Below are positions 54,964-64,000 of a DNA stretch of 64,000 nt, one piece after another. The first letter of the stretch is position 1. Every line of letters starts with the position of its first letter. A program made the translations under genes and the position numbers. This DNA is from Candidatus Omnitrophota bacterium (GTDB lineage: Bacteria > Omnitrophota > Gorgyraeia > Zapsychrales > Zapsychraceae), in contig JADFYJ010000006.1 of the NCBI GenBank assembly GCA_015233115.1, forward strand, positions 65,801 through 129,800, in the 5' to 3' direction. A model generated the notes under the pieces. The model worked only from the letters and a program-made list of their open reading frames with translations, made no database searches and was not told the origin of the DNA.

Positions 54964-57900
54964 ATGTTTAAGCGTGTCCTTAGTTTAATTTTAAGTATTA
55001 CTTTTATATTTTCCGCGTTTGCGCCCTATGCCAATGCGGTCGAACCGCTTTTTGCCGCACCCGCGGTCATGCCATTACTTGCACCGGCCAACATAGAAGT
55101 GCCTTTGCTGAAAGGATTGCGGATCGATCCGGCTTCTCCTTTAAAAATAGATTTCATTTTGGAGGCAGGGAAATCTGAACAAAATGCCAATTATTTAAAA
55201 ATTGAATCTAACCGTTTAATTAAATATTTCCTCGCCGGATTAACTGTCCCAGCTAATGAACTTTGGGTCAACTTAAATCCTAAAGAGCCAAACCGCATCA
55301 CGAGTGAAAAATTCGGCCAAACCGAAATGGGCCGCGACCTCTTAGCCCAGGATTACGTCCTCAAACAATTAAGCGCGAGTCTGCTAAACCCGGACAATGA
55401 AACCGGCCGAAAATTCTGGGATGGTGTGTATAAAAATGTTTCCTCTCCCCTCCGGGGAGAGGGCAGGGTGAGGGGTTTAGATATCCCCATTGGAATTTTA
55501 AGCAAAGTCTGGATCGTCCCAGGTGAAGCTGTAGTGGTCGAAAAAGAGAATGCGGCGTATGTCAAAAGCGCAAAATTAAAAGTGTTATTTGAGGGGGCGG
55601 AGAATACTCAATTAATCAAACAGTTAATTCTTCCCGCCATTGAAAAACAAGTCAACGAAGGCTCCGAATTCTCCCTGCTTCGTCAAATATATCATTCTTT
55701 GATTTTGGCAACATGGATGAAACGTAAAATTGGATTATTACAAAAAAATTATATTAACCAAAACAAAATCTCCGGCATCGACGTTGCCGACAAACAAGCC
55801 AAACAAAAAATTTACGCCCAATATCTCAAAGCCTTTACGGATGGCCTGCATAAATTTATTAAAGAAGAATACGACCCCCAAACCCGGCAGATCGTAGCCC
55901 GTCAATATTTCACCGGAGGAGCAGGATTTGAAAATTTAGACTCAGCCATGGTGGTCAACACTATGCAGGGACCTGTGGTTGCTCAATTTGAAAAACCGTA
56001 TGAAGTTGACGTAGATTTGAAACCGCAAAATTCTGTTGCCATTGATCAGGCCGCATTAGCCGGAACTTTAAAAATGGGGAAAGGGATAAAAGGGTTTTTA
56101 GACCGGGTTTTTGTTGCAGAGGAAGATAAGGAAAAAAAAGAGCGGACGCGCGTGTTAATTGAAAGTTTTTTAAACTCCGATTTTGAGCCAGCAGTCAAAA
56201 TGTTTGAAGAAATAAATCAATTAAGCAATGACAAAAAAATTATTTTAGCCCGCCAGTTATTGAAAACCGCGCCTGGCGCGTTAGCAGAAAATTTAACCTT
56301 AGAGCAATTTTTAATGTTAAAACCGAATGATAATAATGCGTCTTTCTTTCATATTTTTGGACGCTTTATTCTGGCCTTTCATTCTGAGTACAAAGCTGAA
56401 TACCTGAAAATGTATCAAGGTAATCCTTTAGTTTTAAATAATGATATCACCCGTTGGAAAACAGTTTACGCGCTTCTTTGGGCGGCGGAAATTTTAGGCT
56501 CAGACCAAGCCCTGCTGGCGCGTCAAAATATGGACGATATATCGCGCGATTTAATCAATAAACATCAAGCCTTAAGTGACGATGAAATAGCAGCTTTTGA
56601 AAAGGAACTGCCGAATTTTAATTGGCGAATGGCAACTGATGTGCCTTGGGAAGAAGTCATCAGGTCGCCTTCACTACAACCATATGGCCCTACGGATGAT
56701 GAACAATCAGTGCGGCGGTGGGGTTCAATTTATAATCAACAAAATTATTGGAATAATAATGTTGTGGTCCGCAGATATTTTTTGTTTTTAGTCAGAGATA
56801 TGATTCTTAATCCGGAATTTTTTACCCATGATTACGTTCAGCGGATATCGCAGATGCATTCGGCCCTGCGAAGAGCACGCGGTCTTTATGCCTCTGATTC
56901 AGGGCATGATGATGGTTTGCAAACAGGAATTTTAAATTCAACGTCAGAACAAAATAAAAAATTATTCTTAAGCTTAAAAGAATTATTGCAAGAACATAAT
57001 GGCGTTAACAAAAATCTATCTAAAGAAATATCTCAAATTGCAGGATATTATTTGGCTCTTTTACAAGGCTATCTATTCGGTCCTGGACGGGGTAACAACT
57101 CGCTTTACATGAATATGGTGAATGCTCTGATACGGCTCAATAGCTTAAATGGGATAAGTCACGAAAACCTTGATATGGTAATTGCCCTTGTGCATAACAA
57201 ACCAGAAAAATTTCTTTATCCGCGTTTCTTGTCCGAGCTTAAAAAAAGAAATCCGGAAAATAAAGCAGCCCAAAATTTATCCATCAAAGATATTCTGCCT
57301 GAATCAGATCAAGCGATGGTGCGGGATTCTAGAGATCAAGAACGCCTGGCAAAAAGAAAAAATTTATTCAGGACTTTTGATCTGGAAGGCATGCCTCCTG
57401 AAGAAATGCCGCCAGAATTGTTTGAAAACATTAAAGAGCCTTTAACCGCCAAGCAAAAAGAAAACTTAAAGAAGCAATTAGCCGATCATTTCATGATTTG
57501 GGGCTTAGAATCATTTCTTACCATGGAACACCAGGATGAAAGAGTCCTGCAATTTGCGCAAAAACAAGGCTTTAAAATAAATAAAGCATTTTTAGAGCAA
57601 GTTATTAGGGAAATGTTCGCTGAAAAAGAAAAATATTTTACGGCCAAAGTGGTAGAGATCGGAACATCCAACGCAATAAATACAGATCGTGCCTCTTTAG
57701 CCACCACAACTTCAAACGATATTAATCAAGACGACTCATGGGCAGAGAGGTTCGCTTCTTATAGGCATAAAAGAATTATTGTAGCTGATGATCACGCGGA
57801 TTTTCGTCAGGATATGCAGGGAATTTTGTCTAGATATTTTAACAAAGTGACTATAGCTTCATCCATCAACGAAGTAATGGAAGAGTACGCGGCGATGAAA

Positions 57901-60900
57901 GCGGATCAGGTGGCTGATGATGATATTTTAATTTTGATAGATTTTCAGTTTGCAGAGGGACACAATGCGTTTGAATTGGTCAATCAACTGCGCGTTGAAC
58001 GGAATTTTACCGGTAAAATCGGCATTGTTTCCGGCAGTATGGTGTCAGAACTTAATATTCCGGGGTACGATCCTGTTCATCAGGATTTGAATAATGAGGT
58101 CAAGATACGTTATGGTTTGGATTATATTCAGAAACAGCCTGCCGGATTTAAAGATAATTTGTTTGGTTTAATGGATAGGCAATTTAAACAAAAGCCTTAC
58201 CAAAAGCCAGAGGGTTTGGAGCCGTTGGTTGTAGACCATGAACTACATGGAGTTCATGGCCGTGAACCCAGCGTGGTTCACGGTTCTAATTTGGGGTATT
58301 TTTTAAGCGGCATCAATGATAGGGAAATGCATATTGGGGAAGAGTTAGAGAAATCTCTTAATGAAGTGTCTTTGGGGCAGTCTTTAAATACTGGCGCAGT
58401 GCAAAGTTTAATTGAAGAAATCAAAACAGGTATTAAATTTTCGAATGTGCGTCAAGGATTTAATGGATCAGTTGATTCCTATGCTTTTCGTCAAAGTCTC
58501 CACGATCATAAAAATAATATCGCAAGGCTAGGCAGTAAAATTGAAGACCTTCAAGGGCAAATAACAGCTGAGTCGAATGCTGCTCTGGATTCAGTATTAT
58601 CCCGTATTCATGATATGGTAAACGTGTATTTTAATTATACGGATTGGGTCTACCGCATGTTGATTTATTGCGGCCGCCTTGAGTATATTGAGATGATGGA
58701 GCCGCTGCTGCAGTCTGCCATTGTGTCTTACCAAAAAGAATTCGAACGTCGTCATTCCAATCAATTCGATCCTGACGAAGGGATTGCTCAGGCTCTTAAT
58801 CATTTGAAAAACACCAGCGCGGAATTCCGTGGTCAGCACATCGAACCTGCCATGAAATCGTGGGGGATATTATTTAAGGAATATCAGGCTGTCGAAGAAG
58901 GCATGAATAAAATTTTGGGCGATAAAATGAGTTCAAACCAAAACGCGTTTTTAAAATCATTTTCTGACAAATTAAATTTATTTTTCGGCCAATATCTCGT
59001 TACATTCGGAGCCAATGATTTGAATGGCGATTTGCCAGGTAAAGCACTAGGCAGGGTCGTGGTTTTAAGCGGCGATTCATGGGAGGCCGAACAATTTTTT
59101 AAAGATAAGGTTCAGGAAAGCGATATTGTGGTTGTTCGTCAGGATTATTCATGGATTACAGCGGCACGCAGTAAAGCCTCTGCCATTATTTTTGCTCAAT
59201 CCGGCGGTCAGCATATTATCACTCAAGCTCGGATATCAGGAATTCCATTGATATTTTTGCCCAACGCGGATGAGTTTTTTGAGGCAGTTAGGAAAGAGTA
59301 CGAAAGACAGGGAAAGAACAAAGATATTTTTGTAAGAGTAGAAGTTGAAGATGGAAAAGGACGGATTATTCCGGTCAATGAAGTAGGAGAAAAAGTAAAC
59401 CCAATTGACTCTTTACAGGAAATTCAAAAAGTAGAGGTTGATAAGGTCGATGGTTACTCTGGCCCGGATATCATCAGTTCAGAGAGTCCTCTTGATGATT
59501 ACGCGGATACCATGGAAGAATTGCGACCCTGGATGGGAACTAAAGCGCTAAATCAATACATCGTAAAAAAAGACAAAATTTCCGACGTACCGCAGTTTTT
59601 GATGCAAACCTTCCGATTAATGGAACGGTGTTTTAAATTTTCCGACAAATATTATGAAATATTAGATAAGATCCGCGGTTTTTCCGACACATCTTCAAGA
59701 CATGAAGTGGAAACAGTTTTAAAGGAAATGCAAGATTATATTTTCTCTCAGTCGCTCAATGAATTGGATGAAATGTTTTATAAGGCCAGAGCCATTGAAT
59801 GGATTTTTGAAAATCCCTTGGCTATTCGTCTGATTACTAATGATCAGGATTTGGAAAAATATCCCGGTGTGGGCGCGGGGACGTATCTATCACTCGAAAA
59901 TATCCGGGTGAAAAATGTGCAAGAATTAAAGCCCTATTTAAAAGAAGTTTACGCGTCTATGTGGAGTTATGAAGCGTATAAACAGCGGCTGGACCGCGGC
60001 ATCCCTCAGGATGCGGTTTACGGCGCGATTGAAATTCAAGAATATAAATCTGACGCGATATATTCTATGCACATTGAGACGCAAGTTGAAGGCAATCCGG
60101 ATATTTTAAAAATTATGTTTATGCCCGGAGCTGCCCGGTCTATTTCTGCCAAAGATCCACAGTATGGTGGAGAACCGTTTATTTTTTATTTTGATAAAAA
60201 AGCGCAAAATGGAAAAGGCGGATTGATTGGCTGGAGCGATCCCCGAACGCAATATCATCCGGTTAAGGCAGAAAAGGCATATTACGCGTCTTTCGAAAAT
60301 AAAGATCCTCAAAGTTTTAATATTAACAATTATCCTGAACTCAGGATCATGTTTAAATCAAAAAATATGAATGTCAGGCCTTTTATCAACCAATTTGAAG
60401 ATGCTGCCCGCAAGGCGATGAAAATGGAAAAACGTTTTCAATCTCCGCGTGAAATAGAGGCTACTTTAGACTTAACTGGATTTTCTGCCCATCAATGCCG
60501 GAGAATGAAAGTCGTGGGGCCTATTGATATTTCAGCTATTCCTGCAAATGCAGAACAAGATGTGGAATTTTTGGAAAGGGTGATTAGCGAATTAAAGCAA
60601 CGCTCTCCGGAAATCGGTGAATTTATTGAAAAACATGGGGTAAAAGAATTTGATCCGCGAATTGTTTCTGGCGAAGAACTGGAAGAGGTATTACAGGGCT
60701 TACGCATTTTAGATCGATCAAATACTTTAAAAACCCCTTGGGTTTTTTCAATGCTTTTAATTACGGCTGCAGGTGGATCGGAAAGAAAGTTTGATCAGGA
60801 TGCGACGAGAATACTTAAGCTTTTACAAAATAAAGAGTTTGATAGTGTGCGTGGCTCGCTAATGTTTTTGATGGCCTATTTTGTTTTTGGCGGGCATGAA

Positions 60901-63054
60901 TTTATTTGGGATTGGTTGGAATATTTGTCAAACAATGAACCTGAATTGTTTAAACATTTAGCTCCCTATTTTATTTTAAGCGACAGAATAATCAATGCTA
61001 GCCATGCTTGCCGGGATTTAATGCTGTTTCGTTTGTTATCTCCTGAATTTTATGACCGAAGAGAAATTCAAAAAAAGCCACTAAGAGAAAAATTTATTCA
61101 GGCTTTGTCCGTAGATGATATCAGCCATCTTTTAAATAATGCTTTGAAATTTCAACAATCTACTGGAAGTGATTTTAAGGATAAGTATCTCCTGGATTTG
61201 CTAAAAACCCATCCTGATTTTACAGCTATTACCCAATTGGAGAATTTTAAGAAATTATATCCAGAGGAATCAACAGTATCTGTTAAAGAACCGTCGTTGC
61301 CCAAAGATGTCGTTCTTCTCAAAAATGTACTTGAAGAAATTAAAGTAAAGTCTCCGGCTATAAAAAATTTTATTGAACGTTATTCTGGACGGAAGTTCAG
61401 CATGGACGACGTATCTTTTCAAGAGATTAAAAAGATTACTGTTGAAGTGTTCGATCTCACCCAAAGCATTGAAGATCCCAAGATGCAAAGTATTGATGGA
61501 ACATTTTTAATATATTTAATTCATAAATTTGGCAGTGAATTAGGAGATTTTGAAAAGACAAGTGAAGATATTTGTATAGCGCTTCAGCACAAAGATTTTG
61601 ATAATGTCCGCGCTCCCGTGTTGTTTTTAATTTCTTTTTTTGGTTTTAATGGACATGCGTATATGTTTCGGTTTTTGGATAGGTTAGTTGACCGGCGGCC
61701 AGAATTATTTAAAGAATTGATTCCATATTTTATCCTCTCAGATAATTTGATCCAGGGAGTTTATAATGCTCACGGCTCTTTTGGGTTGGAAATTGAAAAT
61801 CTTATGTCTGATCGCATGATCAATGATGCTTGGGGGACAAATCAGGGGAAGAACATTCAGCAGACCTTTATAAATGAATTAACTCTAGAACAGATTGAAA
61901 AATTTCTCGGAAACGCTGTTACCATCAGAGAAACGCATACCAACTATGATACCCAGCGTTTGTTGCTATTGCTTCAAAACCGAAATGATTTCAAGCAGAT
62001 TACAGTGTTGAATAATTTTAAACAACTTTACCCGGATTATAAAGAGCCGGGACCAGATGTCATGACGGATCAAAATAATTCTGGTCTCTCGTCTGAAAAA
62101 ATTGCTTGGCTGCATAAATTAATTGATAATATGAAAAACATGGATTCGGACGACTTTTTAAAAGATTTCTTGGAGAGGCACGCGGGTGGTTCTTTTGATT
62201 TAAAAAATATTTCTCCGGACGATTTTGAGTTAATACGTTTTTGGTTTTGGAACGTGCTTAAGAATTTTAAAAATCAACATGTTGAGGTTGACATGCCTAC
62301 CATGTTTTTAGCATTCGCGATTTATATTTCAGGAGAGAGGCTGGATGATTATAAAAAGGTTTGGACGGATATTCTTCAAACATTGCAAAGCCCTGAGTTT
62401 GACGATGTCCGGGGACCGATAATGTTTTTAATGTCATTTTTTGTTGAAGGCGGACACGAATTTATCTTAGAATGGCTGGATGACCTTTCTGTTCAAAATC
62501 CGGATTTGTTTAAAAAAATAGTGCCATATTTTATCGTGCCGAATGAGATTGTTTATCTCATGCAGGAGCAAAGCACTGGATTTTGGAAGCATAAAGATTT
62601 TATACTTTATCGGCTTTTGTTTGAAAAAGACGCGGAAAGAAGATGGGGAAATCTGCAAAAAAGGTTTATCGCGGATTTAAGCGTTGAAGATGTGAGGAAA
62701 TTGATGGACAATGTGGAAGTTTTTGGAAAACTGGATGAAAAAAATTATAAAGTCACTTTGCTTCACCTGATAGAGCCGCACCAGGAATTTTTAACTATAA
62801 AAGGAACAACAGAATTTAAAAAACTCTATCCGTATTCAGATCAAGCGCAGTTGGCCGATGAAAAAAATAAAGGCGGTATTGACTTAAACACCGAAACCAT
62901 GAATGTGAAAGTCGAATCTGATTCCGCAGTAATTGCTGATCAGGGAAAATTCGATCAGGCCCTTTTAGCCTCTATCCAAAGCATGACAGGTTTTGAACCC
63001 GTCATCGTTTCCATCCGGCCATTAACCAACGTTAACGCGTTTTTTGGCATATGA
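54964..63054 (+). CDS. Giant (2696 aa) secreted or anchored multidomain protein. In order: signal peptide, an unassigned domain shared with the 38505 protein, a receiver-like domain, a PEP-utilizer swivel-His-like segment, a degenerate PPDK_N-like ATP-grasp-like segment, and three C-terminal tandem repeats of about 240 aa.
   Basis: Uninterrupted 8091-nt ORF. MFKRVLSLILSITFIFSAFAPYANA signal. REC-like RIIVADDHADFR...ILILIDFQFAEGHNAFELVNQLR...KIGIVSG (about aa 934-1035). SGGQHIITQARISGIPLIF (aa about 1410-1430). KEVYASMWSYEAYKQRLDRGI...AIEIQEY...YSMHIET (aa about 1640-1720). Repeats at about aa 1870-2105, 2112-2360 and 2375-2630. Confidence 0.7.
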   Translation: MFKRVLSLILSITFIFSAFAPYANAVEPLFAAPAVMPLLAPANIEVPLLKGLRIDPASPLKIDFILEAGKSEQNANYLKIESNRLIKYFLAGLTVPANELWVNLNPKEPNRITSEKFGQTEMGRDLLAQDYVLKQLSASLLNPDNETGRKFWDGVYKNVSSPLRGEGRVRGLDIPIGILSKVWIVPGEAVVVEKENAAYVKSAKLKVLFEGAENTQLIKQLILPAIEKQVNEGSEFSLLRQIYHSLILATWMKRKIGLLQKNYINQNKISGIDVADKQAKQKIYAQYLKAFTDGLHKFIKEEYDPQTRQIVARQYFTGGAGFENLDSAMVVNTMQGPVVAQFEKPYEVDVDLKPQNSVAIDQAALAGTLKMGKGIKGFLDRVFVAEEDKEKKERTRVLIESFLNSDFEPAVKMFEEINQLSNDKKIILARQLLKTAPGALAENLTLEQFLMLKPNDNNASFFHIFGRFILAFHSEYKAEYLKMYQGNPLVLNNDITRWKTVYALLWAAEILGSDQALLARQNMDDISRDLINKHQALSDDEIAAFEKELPNFNWRMATDVPWEEVIRSPSLQPYGPTDDEQSVRRWGSIYNQQNYWNNNVVVRRYFLFLVRDMILNPEFFTHDYVQRISQMHSALRRARGLYASDSGHDDGLQTGILNSTSEQNKKLFLSLKELLQEHNGVNKNLSKEISQIAGYYLALLQGYLFGPGRGNNSLYMNMVNALIRLNSLNGISHENLDMVIALVHNKPEKFLYPRFLSELKKRNPENKAAQNLSIKDILPESDQAMVRDSRDQERLAKRKNLFRTFDLEGMPPEEMPPELFENIKEPLTAKQKENLKKQLADHFMIWGLESFLTMEHQDERVLQFAQKQGFKINKAFLEQVIREMFAEKEKYFTAKVVEIGTSNAINTDRASLATTTSNDINQDDSWAERFASYRHKRIIVADDHADFRQDMQGILSRYFNKVTIASSINEVMEEYAAMKADQVADDDILILIDFQFAEGHNAFELVNQLRVERNFTGKIGIVSGSMVSELNIPGYDPVHQDLNNEVKIRYGLDYIQKQPAGFKDNLFGLMDRQFKQKPYQKPEGLEPLVVDHELHGVHGREPSVVHGSNLGYFLSGINDREMHIGEELEKSLNEVSLGQSLNTGAVQSLIEEIKTGIKFSNVRQGFNGSVDSYAFRQSLHDHKNNIARLGSKIEDLQGQITAESNAALDSVLSRIHDMVNVYFNYTDWVYRMLIYCGRLEYIEMMEPLLQSAIVSYQKEFERRHSNQFDPDEGIAQALNHLKNTSAEFRGQHIEPAMKSWGILFKEYQAVEEGMNKILGDKMSSNQNAFLKSFSDKLNLFFGQYLVTFGANDLNGDLPGKALGRVVVLSGDSWEAEQFFKDKVQESDIVVVRQDYSWITAARSKASAIIFAQSGGQHIITQARISGIPLIFLPNADEFFEAVRKEYERQGKNKDIFVRVEVEDGKGRIIPVNEVGEKVNPIDSLQEIQKVEVDKVDGYSGPDIISSESPLDDYADTMEELRPWMGTKALNQYIVKKDKISDVPQFLMQTFRLMERCFKFSDKYYEILDKIRGFSDTSSRHEVETVLKEMQDYIFSQSLNELDEMFYKARAIEWIFENPLAIRLITNDQDLEKYPGVGAGTYLSLENIRVKNVQELKPYLKEVYASMWSYEAYKQRLDRGIPQDAVYGAIEIQEYKSDAIYSMHIETQVEGNPDILKIMFMPGAARSISAKDPQYGGEPFIFYFDKKAQNGKGGLIGWSDPRTQYHPVKAEKAYYASFENKDPQSFNINNYPELRIMFKSKNMNVRPFINQFEDAARKAMKMEKRFQSPREIEATLDLTGFSAHQCRRMKVVGPIDISAIPANAEQDVEFLERVISELKQRSPEIGEFIEKHGVKEFDPRIVSGEELEEVLQGLRILDRSNTLKTPWVFSMLLITAAGGSERKFDQDATRILKLLQNKEFDSVRGSLMFLMAYFVFGGHEFIWDWLEYLSNNEPELFKHLAPYFILSDRIINASHACRDLMLFRLLSPEFYDRREIQKKPLREKFIQALSVDDISHLLNNALKFQQSTGSDFKDKYLLDLLKTHPDFTAITQLENFKKLYPEESTVSVKEPSLPKDVVLLKNVLEEIKVKSPAIKNFIERYSGRKFSMDDVSFQEIKKITVEVFDLTQSIEDPKMQSIDGTFLIYLIHKFGSELGDFEKTSEDICIALQHKDFDNVRAPVLFLISFFGFNGHAYMFRFLDRLVDRRPELFKELIPYFILSDNLIQGVYNAHGSFGLEIENLMSDRMINDAWGTNQGKNIQQTFINELTLEQIEKFLGNAVTIRETHTNYDTQRLLLLLQNRNDFKQITVLNNFKQLYPDYKEPGPDVMTDQNNSGLSSEKIAWLHKLIDNMKNMDSDDFLKDFLERHAGGSFDLKNISPDDFELIRFWFWNVLKNFKNQHVEVDMPTMFLAFAIYISGERLDDYKKVWTDILQTLQSPEFDDVRGPIMFLMSFFVEGGHEFILEWLDDLSVQNPDLFKKIVPYFIVPNEIVYLMQEQSTGFWKHKDFILYRLLFEKDAERRWGNLQKRFIADLSVEDVRKLMDNVEVFGKLDEKNYKVTLLHLIEPHQEFLTIKGTTEFKKLYPYSDQAQLADEKNKGGIDLNTETMNVKVESDSAVIADQGKFDQALLASIQSMTGFEPVIVSIRPLTNVNAFFGI

Positions 63055-63132
63055 TAAAAGCGGCATGGTTGCATGTAGCAAGCGAAAAAGATTTTTTACT
63101 CATTATCGAATGTTTGATATAATGAAATACAA

Positions 63133-63732
63133 TTGAAAGTTAAAGAATTCATGAAAGACAAAAATATTTATATCATCGCGGGACCCAATGGGGCAGGGAA
63201 AACAACTTTCGCGGTAAAGTTTTTGCCTGATTATGTGAAGTGCCCTAATTTTGTAAACGCGGATCTTATCGCGCTGGGATTGGCTCCGTTTTCTCCCAAT
63301 ACGGCGGCTATTAAGGCAGGGAAATTGGTTCTTCAGCAAATTGATAATTTTGCTAATCAGGGAGTCGAATTTGCTTTTGAGACGACGTTGTCCGGTAAAA
63401 CTTATCTGAGATTATTGAAGGAGTTGAAATTAAAAGGATATAAATTACATCTATTTTTTTTGTGGGTTCCGGATAAACGGCTAGCTTTGGCACGAATCAA
63501 AGATCGAGTCGCAGAAGGCGGGCATAATATCCCGGCTAATGACGCGCGCAGAAGATTTGTCCGAAGTATTTATAATTTTTTATCGGTTTATCGACCCATT
63601 TTTGATTCTTGGATGTTGTTTGATAATTCGGGTACTGCTCCCCGATTAATTGCAGAAGAAAAAGACGGTAAACTTTATGTTGCTGACAAAAAAATGTTTG
63701 ATATAATCACTCGTTCGGTGGAGGCAATTTAA
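63133..63732 (+). CDS. Zeta-toxin-family P-loop kinase-like protein (AAA/zeta toxin domain).
   Basis: IYIIAGPNGAGKTTF Walker A, FVNADLIA, FETTLSGK, and LHLFFLWVP...RIKDRVAEGGHNIP, consistent with the zeta toxin / UNAG kinase family. Confidence 0.65.
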   Translation: MKVKEFMKDKNIYIIAGPNGAGKTTFAVKFLPDYVKCPNFVNADLIALGLAPFSPNTAAIKAGKLVLQQIDNFANQGVEFAFETTLSGKTYLRLLKELKLKGYKLHLFFLWVPDKRLALARIKDRVAEGGHNIPANDARRRFVRSIYNFLSVYRPIFDSWMLFDNSGTAPRLIAEEKDGKLYVADKKMFDIITRSVEAI

Positions 63733-63734
63733 TG

Positions 63735-63902
63735 AAAAAAAATATGACTCTTCAAGCCATGGCCATGTGCGCGCTTAGGAAAGCTGTGCGTGGTGTAATA
63801 TTGCAACATCAAAAGACTGGTCGCCCGTTGTCGATTTGGCGTGACGGAAAGGTCGTCCGTGTTTCTGCAGATGATGTTTTGTTAGGTAACAGAAGATAAG
63901 TA
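63735..63902 (+). CDS. Small ORF (55 aa) immediately downstream of the zeta-like gene, a possible cognate partner.
   Basis: ATG 3 bp after the upstream stop; basic protein; below the ORF-track size cutoff. Confidence 0.2.
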
Positions 63903-64000
63903 ACCGCTTTCCCCAACCTCCGGTTTTACCCCCCAAACAGTAATTTTATATTTTATACTTGTCTTGTAGCGAAAAGGGGCAAGTATGAATAGAAAAGTAT

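Noticed and set aside
1-64000. Searched for rRNA, transposase, integrase and recombinase genes that could explain the repeats and islands.
   Set aside because: None found in any frame. The insertions and repeat elements are not accompanied by recognisable mobility genes within this window.

Overview
The window is 64 kb from a low-GC (about 40%) bacterium. Its gene content is diderm, Gram-negative-type: LpxL-family acyltransferase, gmhA/rfaE heptose genes, TonB, GspA/GspB, PilT/PilZ. Nearly every gene is on the + strand. The only - strand genes are a four-gene block at 28989-30954 (RelE/Phd plus gspB/gspA).

Housekeeping genes make up most of the window:
- lipid and cell envelope: lipB, accBC, pfkA, gmhA, rfaE;
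- cofactor, nucleotide and amino-acid metabolism: aroQ, aroB, efp, pepP, thiE, guaB-like, guaA;
- chaperones, replication and translation: groES/groEL with a CIRCE operator, uvrB, dnaE, HU, hisS, aspS;
- phoH, ybeY, recO.
These are interleaved with four toxin-antitoxin loci (RelBE, VapBC, Phd/RelE, a zeta-toxin-like ATPase), a YhcG-type nuclease and c-di-GMP components (GAF/HD-GYP, two PilZ).

Three things stand out.
1. About 18 of the intergenic regions are occupied by one family of long imperfect palindromes. Each is built from tandem 6-8-mer arms (GTAACNGA, GTATGTRG, GGTTGTTGG, ATAGGC, GTGAAAG or a GGGGCGATCTCCCGATCGCCC hairpin) around a conserved AAAAACGATTG core.
2. A 2696-aa signal-peptide protein (54964-63054) combines a domain shared with a 394-aa paralog 16 kb upstream (38505-39689), a receiver-like domain, a PEP-utilizer swivel-His-like segment, a degenerate PPDK_N-like ATP-grasp segment and three C-terminal tandem repeats of about 240 aa.
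3. Five translationally coupled genes (18953-23760) start with an archaeal-type ATPase followed by four nucleotide-acting hydrolases.

An approximately 2.6-kb accessory insertion (lipoprotein, RelBE, YhcG nuclease) follows aroQ and duplicates the aroQ 3' end. No transposase, integrase, CRISPR array or rRNA was seen. One tRNA-Gly(CCC) is present.
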